Positions 17,341 through 27,995 of a stretch of 54,673 nt of DNA are shown one piece after another (the stretch's first letter is position 1; every line of letters begins with the position of its first letter). Origin of the DNA: a virus (lineage: Duplodnaviria; Caudoviricetes); the IMG/VR virus record IMGVR_UViG_3300020160_003718, positions 1-54,673 of that record; one strand, 5' to 3'. The notes beneath the pieces were generated by a model, which searched no databases, was not told where the DNA came from, and saw only the letters and a list, made by a program, of their open reading frames with translations. Made by a program: the position numbers and the translations under genes.

Positions 17341-17346
17341 TAGTTT

Positions 17347-18987
17347 ATGAATTTTCAAGATGTAAAATTGCTGACTTACGACCACAAAAATAATTTTTGG
17401 GGCAATAATGCTTTTAAATATGGTTCTACAGTTTCATTTTCAATCAATGGATATATTCTTGATTTGTCAAATACTTCTGGAGTTAATGATATTTTTCAAG
17501 CTTGTAAAAGTTTGTCAGATTCACTGGGTTCTTATCAAGAAATAATTGTAAATAGTGTCAATTATGGAATAGGGAAAATTACTGATGTTTCTTTTGATTC
17601 TGGAAATTGGGTAAAGGTAACTGAGTATAATGTTTCAATACAAATAGTTCAAGAGGGTGATTTGGTTTCTTTTACTGGAGATGAGTTTGATGGGGGCATA
17701 ATATCAAGTATTAAGTCTTCTGCGGAGTATTTGGAGGAATTCACTGAGTCTTATTCATGCGATTATTCTTCTAATGATAATTCCGTATCTGGAACTCACT
17801 CTATTGATGTTAGGTTATCAACTCTTTTTTCTGGAGACAAGATTGATTTTGCAAAAAACTTGGCGGCTGTTCTTTTTTCAAAAACATTTCTTGAAAAATT
17901 ATCTGAAATAACTTATTCAAAACCACCAGAATCAACTAGAAAAGATTATTATTCTGAAAATTATGATTTAATCAGCGGGGCGTGTGGATTTAAAAGAAGT
18001 TTTTCATTTGTAAATTCAACTGATTGTTTTTCGAAAAAACGTTCAATAAATTTGAGTTTTGGCGAAGATGGCATAACCAATGTGACTGAATCAAATTCAA
18101 TCAAGGGTGAGTGCTTGAGTCCAACGCTGTTTGACTCTGCCGAAGCAGGATTTCAATCTGAAATTTCTGGTGTTTTTTCTAGATGTTTGGCAGTTTTTAA
18201 TACATACAAAGCATCCTTTGGCATACAGAATGATCTTATAAATAAAGAATTAGATAGGGGCATCAAAAGAAATAAATTTTCTGGAGAGATTGAATACAAT
18301 GTTTCTTTTACGAATGATAAAAGAAGAAAAAATGATTATACTTTTGAATATACTTTGGATTTATCTAGGTCAGAGGATGGAATTTGGGAGGCTGTTGAAG
18401 CTGGCTCAGTTAGGGGTAATGATGTGATTGGCTCAGCGGCTAAATTTAATAAAGCAATTGCTGGTTACAATACTGAAAAAACTGGAATTTTGAGCAGATT
18501 GGACGCCTTTTATGCTGGAGCAAGTCCGAAACCAGTTGGCGCAACTTTAAAATTAATAACTAAAAATTTAGGATATCAGCCATATGAAGGCGTTGTATCA
18601 TACAGTTGGTCAACTACAGATGACTTGACACTGGATATGTCTAGCGATATTAGAAGAAAAATAATAGAAATAACTGATTCTAAGGCTACTAGAATTCATA
18701 ATGATTTTCTTATTCCAGGCGGTGTTACGACTTATGCGATTGCTCAAGTTGCAAATCAGTCAAAGCAGGGCGAAAGGGATATCAAGGGCGATTTAGAAAT
18801 ATCTAGTTCGCAGCTTCCATTTGTTGGAAATACTTATTTTCAAAATTGCGTTACCCTGGCAAATGATAATAAAGGCACTGGAACTGACATGTATTTAGAG
18901 TCTTTTTCTTTTTCGTCCGATGAAATTGAGCAAAATGTTAATTTTAATGCCAAGTATAAATATTCTGAAGCTGCATCTGTCAGTTAG
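17347..18987 (+). CDS. Putative tail-tip/distal tail protein
   Basis: First gene after the TMP; repeated beta modules with N.FSGEIEY..SFTND-type segments. Confidence 0.55.
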   Translation: MNFQDVKLLTYDHKNNFWGNNAFKYGSTVSFSINGYILDLSNTSGVNDIFQACKSLSDSLGSYQEIIVNSVNYGIGKITDVSFDSGNWVKVTEYNVSIQIVQEGDLVSFTGDEFDGGIISSIKSSAEYLEEFTESYSCDYSSNDNSVSGTHSIDVRLSTLFSGDKIDFAKNLAAVLFSKTFLEKLSEITYSKPPESTRKDYYSENYDLISGACGFKRSFSFVNSTDCFSKKRSINLSFGEDGITNVTESNSIKGECLSPTLFDSAEAGFQSEISGVFSRCLAVFNTYKASFGIQNDLINKELDRGIKRNKFSGEIEYNVSFTNDKRRKNDYTFEYTLDLSRSEDGIWEAVEAGSVRGNDVIGSAAKFNKAIAGYNTEKTGILSRLDAFYAGASPKPVGATLKLITKNLGYQPYEGVVSYSWSTTDDLTLDMSSDIRRKIIEITDSKATRIHNDFLIPGGVTTYAIAQVANQSKQGERDIKGDLEISSSQLPFVGNTYFQNCVTLANDNKGTGTDMYLESFSFSSDEIEQNVNFNAKYKYSEAASVS

Positions 18988-18993
18988 GTGTAA
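18988..18993 (+). promoter_or_regulatory. GTGTAA motif (putative late promoter)
   Basis: Immediately after the stop at 18987 and before ORF 19024. Confidence 0.5.
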
Positions 18994-19023
18994 TTTTATA
19001 CAGGTAGTAAAAGGTTTAAAAGG

Positions 19024-20646
19024 ATGCAAGGAAATGTTAAAATATTATATGGTGGAAGTGATGTATTCGCTGGAATATGTCCCACTCCTTTTTTGTATTT
19101 TGATAAAGAATATATTGAATATGGCTCGAGTTGGGGGTCAAAATATAACTTTTCTATAGAGGGTCAAATTACTGGAAAACTTGGACCTGATTCTTTCTAT
19201 GATCTTGAAAAGAAAAAAAATCAGTTAATACTTAATTTTAAAAAAGATAACCTACCAATAAAAGTTACTGAGGATTCTTCAGAAATTTTTCTTTCGGATA
19301 TTTGCTCTATTGATTCTATATCATTCGATCAATCAAAATATTATGCATTATTGCCTTTCAGTATTAAAGCTTCTTGTTATGATAGCGGAACTTTTGGCGA
19401 AAATTATGGAGTTTTAGAACCCCAAGATTCTTGGGATTATTCTGAATCGGAGGATGGAATAGTTTCTTTGCGGCATTCTGTTTCTGCCGCTGGGTTCAAT
19501 TCCTCTGGAATTTCTGCTATTGCGAATGTTAAAAAATGGGCAGCTACAAAAACTGGAATTAGTAAGAAAATAGATTCTTTAAAAATTAAAAATTTATCAT
19601 CTGATGATTTTGTTTTAGAGTCTTTTTCCGAACAAGTAGATAGATTCAATGGGAAGTACTCAATTGAAGAAGTTTATAGAGGAGATTTGTTGAGTTCTAA
19701 TAGTGCTGGAGGGGGAATTTTAAGATATAGCGCCGATATTTCAAAAAATATAGACGATGGTATAACTAAAGTTGTAATAGATGGATCAGTGGCTGGAAAA
19801 AAGAATATTGGCGAGGCTGATATGGCTTTGTTGAGAGCGAAAATAAATGCGGAAGATTTCTTTCAATATGCGGCTAATTGCGCAAGTACTTCGACTGGTT
19901 CTAGCAAACTTAATTCAACTCCATTTTCAAGGACTATAACAGAAAATAAAGAAAATTCTGAGATAACTTTTTCTTTGAGTTATGATGATAATCCAGTTGC
20001 GCCGGGTCAGGCGAAATGTGTTTACAAGGTTGATTTATCTGAAAATTTAATAAAAAATATAGTTGATGTAAAACTAGATGCAGAAATTTTATGTGACCGT
20101 GGCGATGCTTCTATTAGATGGATTGCTGTAAAAAATTATTACGAAACTAAGTTCAATGGATATGATATAGCATTGAAAGAATATAAAAGAGCTGGATATA
20201 CTAAAAGTTTTAATTCAACGCCAAGAACTGAATCAATAAATTACGACGAATTTAACAGTAAGATTACTTATTCGGCAAGTTGGAGTGATAGGTATATGCC
20301 TTATTCTGATATTTTAACTTCAATAACCGAACAAGTAGAAGTTACGCCTTCTTTGAAAACTTATACTATACAACCATCTTTATATAATAATGCTGCTCAC
20401 AATATTCAGGATTTTGGGTGCTCTTCTAGATCTTCAGTTTCAATATCAATTAGCGCCACCGCAAAGCCAGATAAGACAATGGAGCAATTGAAGTCTTGTG
20501 TTTTTGCTGAGCTTTCTAGGTTGAGAGGCTTGTATGTAGCATTGAATAATATGATAGTTGATCAAAAAACTGAAACAGTTAATGAGAAATATAAAAAAAT
20601 GTCAATTAATTATTCTTACTCTTTTGATGGAACAATTGTAACTTAA
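19024..20646 (+). CDS. Putative tail-tip protein, likely paralogue of 17347..18987
   Basis: Nearly the same length (540 vs 546 aa) with similar motifs (SIEGQI vs SINGYI; EDGI; DRFNGKYS; NSKITYSASWSD). Confidence 0.55.
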   Translation: MQGNVKILYGGSDVFAGICPTPFLYFDKEYIEYGSSWGSKYNFSIEGQITGKLGPDSFYDLEKKKNQLILNFKKDNLPIKVTEDSSEIFLSDICSIDSISFDQSKYYALLPFSIKASCYDSGTFGENYGVLEPQDSWDYSESEDGIVSLRHSVSAAGFNSSGISAIANVKKWAATKTGISKKIDSLKIKNLSSDDFVLESFSEQVDRFNGKYSIEEVYRGDLLSSNSAGGGILRYSADISKNIDDGITKVVIDGSVAGKKNIGEADMALLRAKINAEDFFQYAANCASTSTGSSKLNSTPFSRTITENKENSEITFSLSYDDNPVAPGQAKCVYKVDLSENLIKNIVDVKLDAEILCDRGDASIRWIAVKNYYETKFNGYDIALKEYKRAGYTKSFNSTPRTESINYDEFNSKITYSASWSDRYMPYSDILTSITEQVEVTPSLKTYTIQPSLYNNAAHNIQDFGCSSRSSVSISISATAKPDKTMEQLKSCVFAELSRLRGLYVALNNMIVDQKTETVNEKYKKMSINYSYSFDGTIVT

Positions 20647-20647
20647 T

Positions 20648-22606
20648 ATGTCTTTAGTAAATTCTTCTGGTTTTAAATATTATTTGGAAAATTTGGGGAT
20701 GAGTCATTCTTCAATTTTTGCAGCATATGACTTTGTGTCTGGTTCTAGTTTTACAAATTCATATTTGGATAATCCTTCATGGGTAACTGGATCAGTTAAT
20801 AGTGGAAAGATAAATGGAAATTCTTCCAATTTTTATCAAGTTAATGGCAGTGGGTTTTTTAATGGGTCTAATTCTGTTTCAATTTCTGGAAAGGTTCCGG
20901 AAGATGATTTTTCTTTTCTTTTTTGTTATGAAAAAATAAGAAGTGGGCAAGAGGTTCTTTTAAGCTCTGCCGCTGGTAATGGTTTTTCAACTGCATCTGG
21001 ACTAATGGTTGGAATAAATGATGCTAATAAACTATACATGGAATACTGGAATCCGGTACAGGGTAAGTTTTCTCTGAATTATGAAAAAGCTATTCCTTCA
21101 AAAAATTTAGTATTTTTTCAAAAAAGCTTTGGGGAATTTAAATTAGGTATTTTTGATCCGGTTGAAAATTCTTTAGATTTCTCTTCTACGGCATATTCTC
21201 AATTGACATATCAACATTCTGATATGTTTAAAATAGCCTCTGGATCTGATTCATACTGGTCAAAGGGAAGTACTTTTAGTGGATATTTTGATGATTTTTA
21301 TTGTTTGACGGGGAAAATACCTAATGATTATTTTTTAAATTTATATAGTGGCTTTTATTCAAAACTAATTTCCGGTGGAATAAGCGGAACTGGTTATTTT
21401 TGTGAAAATATTTCTACAATAACTGGTAGTGGAGTTATTTTGGGAACAGGAGTTACGGGTTATACAACAGACTTATCTTATTCTACTGGATATGTGCCAA
21501 CTGGATATTATGAAAGTGGTTATGTTTATTTTGTTGGAACAGGAGTTACTGGATATGAAAACAAATTTATTGGAAATGTTCAAGATGCGTGCGGATTTAA
21601 TAATCCAGTTTATGTTAGATCGCCGCTTACCGGAAATATTTACGCATCTGGCACAACTGGAATATATACTGGACTATCTGAAGTTGTTACAACAATCTAT
21701 ACAAATAGAGACTTGACGGGCATATTAACTGGTGAAGTTTTTATTCCTATTGACGTTTCTGTTTGCTCTTTGTCCACTGGATATTATCCAAATTCGTTAT
21801 ATGTGGATTCTGGATTTATTTCGTCGCTTGGCTTTGATGGGGTTTATTCTTTTAATAATTATTCTTCTGGCGATTATTTTGAGGCATATTTTAATACTGG
21901 GTCTTTTTACAATAATATTAATTTAAAACCTACTTATGATTCTATGGTTTTTGACTATAAAATACCACAATCAGATATTGGAAGTGGAGTAAACACATTT
22001 TTTAATAATGGTCAGTTATTACTTGAGAGTGGATGGTCCTCATATCAAAATGGATATGAAACTTTATACAATATAACTGGTGACATATTTTTAGAAAATA
22101 ATATAATTAGATCAAATGGATATAATGAAGCAAGTGATAGTTTGATTTACGATCATAATTTTTCGAATTATACTCCAATAATTAATTTTTTATCAACCGG
22201 TTGGGGAAGCGGGGTTGCGTATACTTCATTTGGAACGCAAATAAAACCAGATTTATACTTTTTAAATGGAATAAAATTACTTAGCGGCGAAGACTATAAT
22301 AATACCACGCTTTCTGGTCTAAGATTTAAATTTGACATTCCGGCTTCTTCTGTGTTAACGAAAGTAAATGATTATTTTATATCTAGTGATAGCGTTTATA
22401 TTTCGGGTTTAAATAATTTAATTAAATTAAATAGTGGTAATTTTTGTAATAATTCTTCTCAATTTTATGTAAATGGTTTGAGACAATTGATAGATTATGA
22501 TTATGTCGAGGTTTCCAAATTCAATATTTTAACGGGGTCTCCGGTCAAAGAAAACTTGAATTATCAACTTTGCTATTCCAAGTCAACGGATTTTTGGAAC
22601 ATGTGA
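20648..22606 (+). CDS. Putative tail/virion protein with LamG-like N-terminal domain and TG/SG-rich region
   Basis: FNGSNSVSI...FSFLF...FSGYFDDF resembles a LamG/concanavalin beta-sandwich. Repeated FxNG.LL / YVNGLRQ..DY motifs occur in the C-terminal half. Confidence 0.55.
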   Translation: MSLVNSSGFKYYLENLGMSHSSIFAAYDFVSGSSFTNSYLDNPSWVTGSVNSGKINGNSSNFYQVNGSGFFNGSNSVSISGKVPEDDFSFLFCYEKIRSGQEVLLSSAAGNGFSTASGLMVGINDANKLYMEYWNPVQGKFSLNYEKAIPSKNLVFFQKSFGEFKLGIFDPVENSLDFSSTAYSQLTYQHSDMFKIASGSDSYWSKGSTFSGYFDDFYCLTGKIPNDYFLNLYSGFYSKLISGGISGTGYFCENISTITGSGVILGTGVTGYTTDLSYSTGYVPTGYYESGYVYFVGTGVTGYENKFIGNVQDACGFNNPVYVRSPLTGNIYASGTTGIYTGLSEVVTTIYTNRDLTGILTGEVFIPIDVSVCSLSTGYYPNSLYVDSGFISSLGFDGVYSFNNYSSGDYFEAYFNTGSFYNNINLKPTYDSMVFDYKIPQSDIGSGVNTFFNNGQLLLESGWSSYQNGYETLYNITGDIFLENNIIRSNGYNEASDSLIYDHNFSNYTPIINFLSTGWGSGVAYTSFGTQIKPDLYFLNGIKLLSGEDYNNTTLSGLRFKFDIPASSVLTKVNDYFISSDSVYISGLNNLIKLNSGNFCNNSSQFYVNGLRQLIDYDYVEVSKFNILTGSPVKENLNYQLCYSKSTDFWNM

Positions 22607-22645
22607 TTAATTTGATATTGAATATGAAAATTTTAAAATAAGTTT

Positions 22646-25078
22646 ATGGCTATAGAACAAATTCCACAAATTACCGCTTCATTTTCTTCAAATGGATTTG
22701 TTTATTCTATTGATTTTCAAAAATCTTTTTCGAGTGAACCATCTAAGGTTACTTATAAGGTAATTAACAAGACTGGAAGCTATACTGCGCCGACTATAGA
22801 AGCTGACGCCTCAATAAGTTTTTCTGGTTTTACTTTTAATGGCTATGTTTATTCTTACGAAATAGAGGAATCTAACTCTGGAAATATCTTGACTGTGACC
22901 TTGATAGATAAAAGCGTAATTTTAGACAAACTTTATGTAACTGTTTTTAGACCAGGAATTTTCGGTAAAAATGGAACAAGTAAAACAACAAATTTGAATG
23001 TCGTATTTGATCCAGAGGATGAGTTCTATACAATAGCAAATAATGGAGATGGTTATAAAATTGTTAAAAACAAATATACAAATGGAACTGTCCAAAGAAA
23101 GGTAAGAAGTTTTAGTGGTAAAAGTGGGGATATTCTTATTGTTGGTTCAGAAGAACCGCCGGAAACAAATTGTGAACTACCGGCTTGTTCTTATACATTT
23201 GATGATTTAAAAGGCATTACTGGCGTATCTGGCTTTAGCAGTTGCCCAATAAGTGACGCAACAATTAGGCAAACATACGAGGGTACTTTGAGGTCTGTTT
23301 TGAACAGTTGGTGTCAAGATTTTGGATACTCTTTCTACTGGAATTATTCAACTAATTCATTGGTTTTTTTTGATGTTAAAAATAGCGTATTTACAATTCC
23401 GGCAAGTGCGACAGACAGCAAAATTATTTCTAAAAGATATTCAAAATCGGCTGAAGGTAAATATAATCAAATTTCTGCAAATTATTTTGCAAAGCCATAT
23501 ACGCCAAAAAGCGCATCTGCAGATACTGGGTCGACTTATTATGGAACATATAATTTAAACCCATATAATCTTGAATATTTTATAGATAAATCTTTTGTAG
23601 AAAATCAGACTACTATATACGGCGGGGGTAGGACTCGAAATGAGTTTATTACTAGTGCAGCATTGGGCTACGTGTCTCCGCCATTGAGGAAAATATATAA
23701 CTATTCCTGGATAACCGCGTGGGGTAGTCAGGTTGGCTTTTCTGGACAAACTTTGAAATATCTTGCTGTTAATAAGCTTGCTGTGGCAATGAATAGTTAT
23801 GGACTGAAGGATGATGTTAATGATTTAATAAAATTTTCTGGACAGACAATTGAAAATTTAGACTCTTCATATGTTGCTATTATGGCAAATTATGATGCCG
23901 GATTAGAGGACAGATGGACAAATATGGAACAGGATATATTTACATCTAAAATAGGTAATTTTTATAGGTGTCCACCAACAAAATCTGGAAGTTCTGTTTT
24001 TTGTAGTAAAAATATGATAGTTAATACTTCTATTTCTTTTGAACCGGAAGGTTCTATAATGGAAGATATGGACAATAAAGACAATTCTTCTAAGAATTTT
24101 AATGGAAGACCTGTTTTTTCTAGAGGTGCGCCGGGTCCAGAAGTTACAAGCATGCAAGCATTAGAGAAGCTTGGAATAAAAGAAGATGCAAATAAAAATT
24201 TAGAAAAATTGCTTCCATTGCAGATACCAGTGCTGCTGGATTCTAAATTTGCAAAGGGCTTGGTGTCAAGTCAATTGGTTACTAATGAAGATTTATTAAA
24301 ATATAACACTATATTGATAATTCCAAGAACAGAATTGGTTACATCAAAAATGAACTTTTCAGCAAATTATACAACTGGATCAAATAATAGGGAGGTTACT
24401 TATATTGATATTGAAAATAATCAGGACCCCGACCCTCCAAAATGCTCACTTGAAGATCAAAATGCTAAAAAATGCCTTTCTGGAAAAGAAGAGCTTTCAA
24501 AAAAACAAGAGGATGCTAAAAAACCAACAGGATTCGAGCCAAAAAAACCAACTTCCGGTTTGCTTGCTAAAACGCCCTGTATTGGCGCAAATATTTCTAT
24601 AAATGGAAAATCTGTTAAAATTCTTTCGTCTTCTTATGCCCAACATAGAGGCGTAGTGCAATATGATACTTCAGTGAATGTGATTCAGGATGCAACAATT
24701 CAAGAAAGTATTGTTTTTAATCTGGATGGAAATTCATCTTCATCTGATAAAATCATAGAAACTAGACTCATAGTGGAAAATAGAACAACATCTGAAAATT
24801 TATCAAAACAAAAACCAACGCCAAAAGAATTGGCTACAAGAAAGGGCTACTTACAAAATAATAATATTGAAAAAGTGTCTTATACCTGTGCTGGATTTGT
24901 TAATTCACTTCCTCTGGACATAAGTTCTGGTCTTGAAAATTTGGATATGTCAATTTCAGATTCCGGATTTTCTGCGTCTTATTCTTATTCTACTCGCCCA
25001 CCAGTTTTTCCAGCTCAAGATTCTTCGGTGATAAAAAATTCTTCAAACCCGTCTATGCCAGCTAACCAATCAAGATAA
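22646..25078 (+). CDS. Putative baseplate hub/central tail-tip protein
   Basis: LTVTLID...YEGTLRSVLNSWCQDFGYSFYW resembles hub/Tal-type proteins; position agrees. Confidence 0.5.
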   Translation: MAIEQIPQITASFSSNGFVYSIDFQKSFSSEPSKVTYKVINKTGSYTAPTIEADASISFSGFTFNGYVYSYEIEESNSGNILTVTLIDKSVILDKLYVTVFRPGIFGKNGTSKTTNLNVVFDPEDEFYTIANNGDGYKIVKNKYTNGTVQRKVRSFSGKSGDILIVGSEEPPETNCELPACSYTFDDLKGITGVSGFSSCPISDATIRQTYEGTLRSVLNSWCQDFGYSFYWNYSTNSLVFFDVKNSVFTIPASATDSKIISKRYSKSAEGKYNQISANYFAKPYTPKSASADTGSTYYGTYNLNPYNLEYFIDKSFVENQTTIYGGGRTRNEFITSAALGYVSPPLRKIYNYSWITAWGSQVGFSGQTLKYLAVNKLAVAMNSYGLKDDVNDLIKFSGQTIENLDSSYVAIMANYDAGLEDRWTNMEQDIFTSKIGNFYRCPPTKSGSSVFCSKNMIVNTSISFEPEGSIMEDMDNKDNSSKNFNGRPVFSRGAPGPEVTSMQALEKLGIKEDANKNLEKLLPLQIPVLLDSKFAKGLVSSQLVTNEDLLKYNTILIIPRTELVTSKMNFSANYTTGSNNREVTYIDIENNQDPDPPKCSLEDQNAKKCLSGKEELSKKQEDAKKPTGFEPKKPTSGLLAKTPCIGANISINGKSVKILSSSYAQHRGVVQYDTSVNVIQDATIQESIVFNLDGNSSSSDKIIETRLIVENRTTSENLSKQKPTPKELATRKGYLQNNNIEKVSYTCAGFVNSLPLDISSGLENLDMSISDSGFSASYSYSTRPPVFPAQDSSVIKNSSNPSMPANQSR

Positions 25079-25080
25079 CT

Positions 25081-26202
25081 ATGTTTTTAACAAGCGGATC
25101 AATATTTAAAAGTTTTGCGGAGCAATCTTGCTTTTCTTTTTCTTCGGATGTTCAGATTTCAAACTCTTCTGGAGTCTCTGCAATTGGCGTATCTGGAGCC
25201 TCTGGTTCGTTTAATTTATTTAGTTTTAATAGTGGAAAAGTGCTTGATTGTAAAAATAAGTTTGTAAATTGTTATTCTCCGAATGAGACGTTTAATATTT
25301 CTGGAAATCTTTGCAGTGGCAATTTTGGTTATTTTATAAATGACGAGGCGGTTGCTTTAAATTCTAATTTGTGTCCTTCTGGTTTTTCTTTTGAGAATTT
25401 ATTTTTTTCAACAACTGGCGCGGCGATAGATTTTTCTACTGACGTTTGGGGAAGTACAATTCCTTCTTGCGCTCTTTATTTTAATGATAGATTTCTTACG
25501 GGATCCAATGTAACCGGCTATTTGAAAAACAATTCTGAGTCTTCTTATCAGAGTTTTAAAATTTTTTCTAGTCGAGTGTCTTTTCCTAATAATGAAGATT
25601 ATTATTTATCTTCTAACCTTACTGGATTAAAAATTAAGCCAAATAATTCTGGTCAGGTTGTTTTGAGCTTCGGGGGCAATTCCAGCTTTAAGACGGACGA
25701 AAGCAAACAAGCTCTTCCGGTCAGCGGAGACTTGTTACTGGAAACAAGTTTTGGCGCAGCGTCATTGCCGCTTTATATTGATTTAAAAAGCTCTCCTGAA
25801 TATAATATTAATTTTGATTTGATTGCTTCTGGCGACCTCTTAACTGGAAATTTTTGGATATATTCTCTAAAAAGGCAAGCGTGTAGCGGAACAAGATTTG
25901 AATTTCAATTGGCGGAACAGACATGGTACGATCCGAATTCAGCTTTTTCTGAAAGTTTTATAATTAATAGTGGATATGATAACGGTAATTATTCGCCGTC
26001 TTTAATATCTTACAACGTGGCTAAATCTGCATATCTTGGGACTGGTTACTTATCTGGTGCAGGTTGTTCTGGCTCTGATGTTTTTAATACTAAATTCAAC
26101 ATTTTATATGATAATAAAAATGGAATTCATTACAATAGTGTAAAATATACAATTAGCGGAATAGATGAAACTTTCTTATTTTCTGGAATATTAACAAACT
26201 AA
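25081..26202 (+). CDS. Putative tail-tip/virion protein (SG/TG-rich)
   Basis: Beta-rich 373 aa, translationally coupled within the tail operon. Confidence 0.5.
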   Translation: MFLTSGSIFKSFAEQSCFSFSSDVQISNSSGVSAIGVSGASGSFNLFSFNSGKVLDCKNKFVNCYSPNETFNISGNLCSGNFGYFINDEAVALNSNLCPSGFSFENLFFSTTGAAIDFSTDVWGSTIPSCALYFNDRFLTGSNVTGYLKNNSESSYQSFKIFSSRVSFPNNEDYYLSSNLTGLKIKPNNSGQVVLSFGGNSSFKTDESKQALPVSGDLLLETSFGAASLPLYIDLKSSPEYNINFDLIASGDLLTGNFWIYSLKRQACSGTRFEFQLAEQTWYDPNSAFSESFIINSGYDNGNYSPSLISYNVAKSAYLGTGYLSGAGCSGSDVFNTKFNILYDNKNGIHYNSVKYTISGIDETFLFSGILTN

Positions 26203-26206
26203 TTTT

Positions 26207-26716
26207 ATGTCTTTAAAATTTTCAAGCGGCGGTTCAAGTATAACGAATAGATTCGCAAGAAGCGCATCAGTAGAAAACGAGCTAAGGCATCCTTGGGCAA
26301 TATTTTTATCCCCAGATGGAAAAAAGTTTGGAGTAGAATATAAGAGTGACGTTTATGATGGTTATGGTTATGATAAAATTACTGTTAGTGGCTTGGTTGA
26401 AAAGGCGGATGATGAAAGTGATCCAGGTTGGACGATTCCTACGGAGGGTTATATATTTTTATGGGGCACGCTAACTGACGGAGAGATCGAATCTATAACC
26501 GTTAAAAATGATCAAAATAGTTTGGACAATATTTATCGGGCATATTTTGATTCAGAAGGAAAACAAATTAATTTTGCTCATGTTCTTGGATATATTTGGA
26601 ACTCTGGTACGGCGGACTCTCCAGATTGGCAGATAAGACAATCTGCGTGGAGAGATATTACATTGCTATATGTTGTGGCAAATGGTGCGCTTGCTAAGGC
26701 GACATTTGAAATGTAA
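26207..26716 (+). CDS. Hypothetical protein (end of tail operon)
   Basis: 169-aa ORF converging on the - strand gene that ends at 26722. Confidence 0.65.
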   Translation: MSLKFSSGGSSITNRFARSASVENELRHPWAIFLSPDGKKFGVEYKSDVYDGYGYDKITVSGLVEKADDESDPGWTIPTEGYIFLWGTLTDGEIESITVKNDQNSLDNIYRAYFDSEGKQINFAHVLGYIWNSGTADSPDWQIRQSAWRDITLLYVVANGALAKATFEM

Positions 26717-26721
26717 TTTTT

Positions 26722-27960
26722 TTATAAATTTCTTTGTATTTTGTCGCACCAGCCTTTGGATTCCGAGTGAGGCCAAACAACCCAATATAAGGGTTTTTCT
26801 TCAGTATTGAATTCTCTCCAAATTTTACAATACTTATCTGGATCATTCATTAGTCTACCTATTTCTTCTTTATGGGCGTCTTTTCTATAAAGCTCTTTTC
26901 CATCTGATCCGTGAAATGCAACTACCCAAAAATCATAATCTTTTTCTGGCACATCTTTGTATGCAACATCTATACAATGCTTAAAGATCCTTAAGAAGGA
27001 ATTTTGAAACTTTTCTTCTGAGTCGTATTGGGGGTTGGGCGGATTTTTGCGATCTATGGTTTCTTTTTGAACAGCTCTTTTTTTGAAAGATATTCCTGCA
27101 TATTTTTCATAATCCAGAAGGCTTCTTTCTTTACCGAATCCATAAATTCCAAAATCTATGTCCTGAATTTCCCCATCCATTCCGAATAATTTTCGGTTGC
27201 GCCTGTGGCAATTTTCGTTTTTTTGCCCCCAGGTTCTATCGTCATCCCAGTGTTTTGTTCTACCTTTTCTGGTATATTCGTGCCATGCAATTATTTTGTG
27301 AGGATGAAACAAGTCATATCCCCAAGTGAAGGCTCTTACAGCAATTGAAATTTCTTCTCCGTGAAAGTAATATTCTGGATCGTGAGGCACTTCTTTGCAA
27401 AAGACTCCATCAGTAAAACAAAAATGGGCAGAGTAAAAGCGGGCGGGAATTGGTTTTTGTAAATTTTTAAAATCTGGAATTGACGCTGGTAAAAAGAAAA
27501 TAGCCCCCTCTGGTATGAATCTATCAAAATCCATTTTCCACGGTACGCCTCCTCTGCCAGCCGGATCGTTATCTGGATCAAAACTAGAAATATAACTTGT
27601 GAGCAATGGCTTTTTGTATCCTTCCTCTCTAAGCCCTTCCAGCATGTTTATCAATTCTTCATCCCAATTTTTGATAAATCTATGGTGGCTATCTAGTTGA
27701 AGGGTGTATTTTTCTCCATTGTATTCTTGTTGAATCTTGTGTCTTGCCCAACATGCGCCCTTGGATTCTTGGTACGGAATATCAATTATCCTGAATCTAG
27801 GGTCATCTTTATATTTTTCAAGATTTTCTTCTTCCCCATGCTGCCAAGCGATTCCGAACCTTAAATTTTCTGGATATTTTGCGTTTTTAATGCAGTCGTC
27901 CAGAGTGGGAATCAGTTGAGGATCTCTGTATGAAGCAATTTGAATATAAATTGTTGACAT
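26722..27960 (-). CDS. GlcNAc-transferase-like glycosyltransferase (GT60 / Skp1-hydroxyproline GlcNAc-transferase-like)
   Basis: TIYIQIASYRD, SKGACWAR, LQLDSHHRF..NWD, FHGEEI..AVRAFTWGYD and FG.ERSL.DYE.YAGI motifs. Confidence 0.85.
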   Translation of the reverse strand: MSTIYIQIASYRDPQLIPTLDDCIKNAKYPENLRFGIAWQHGEEENLEKYKDDPRFRIIDIPYQESKGACWARHKIQQEYNGEKYTLQLDSHHRFIKNWDEELINMLEGLREEGYKKPLLTSYISSFDPDNDPAGRGGVPWKMDFDRFIPEGAIFFLPASIPDFKNLQKPIPARFYSAHFCFTDGVFCKEVPHDPEYYFHGEEISIAVRAFTWGYDLFHPHKIIAWHEYTRKGRTKHWDDDRTWGQKNENCHRRNRKLFGMDGEIQDIDFGIYGFGKERSLLDYEKYAGISFKKRAVQKETIDRKNPPNPQYDSEEKFQNSFLRIFKHCIDVAYKDVPEKDYDFWVVAFHGSDGKELYRKDAHKEEIGRLMNDPDKYCKIWREFNTEEKPLYWVVWPHSESKGWCDKIQRNL

Positions 27961-27995
27961 GTTTTATAATAAAAACACGCCTATATTTTTCCAAT

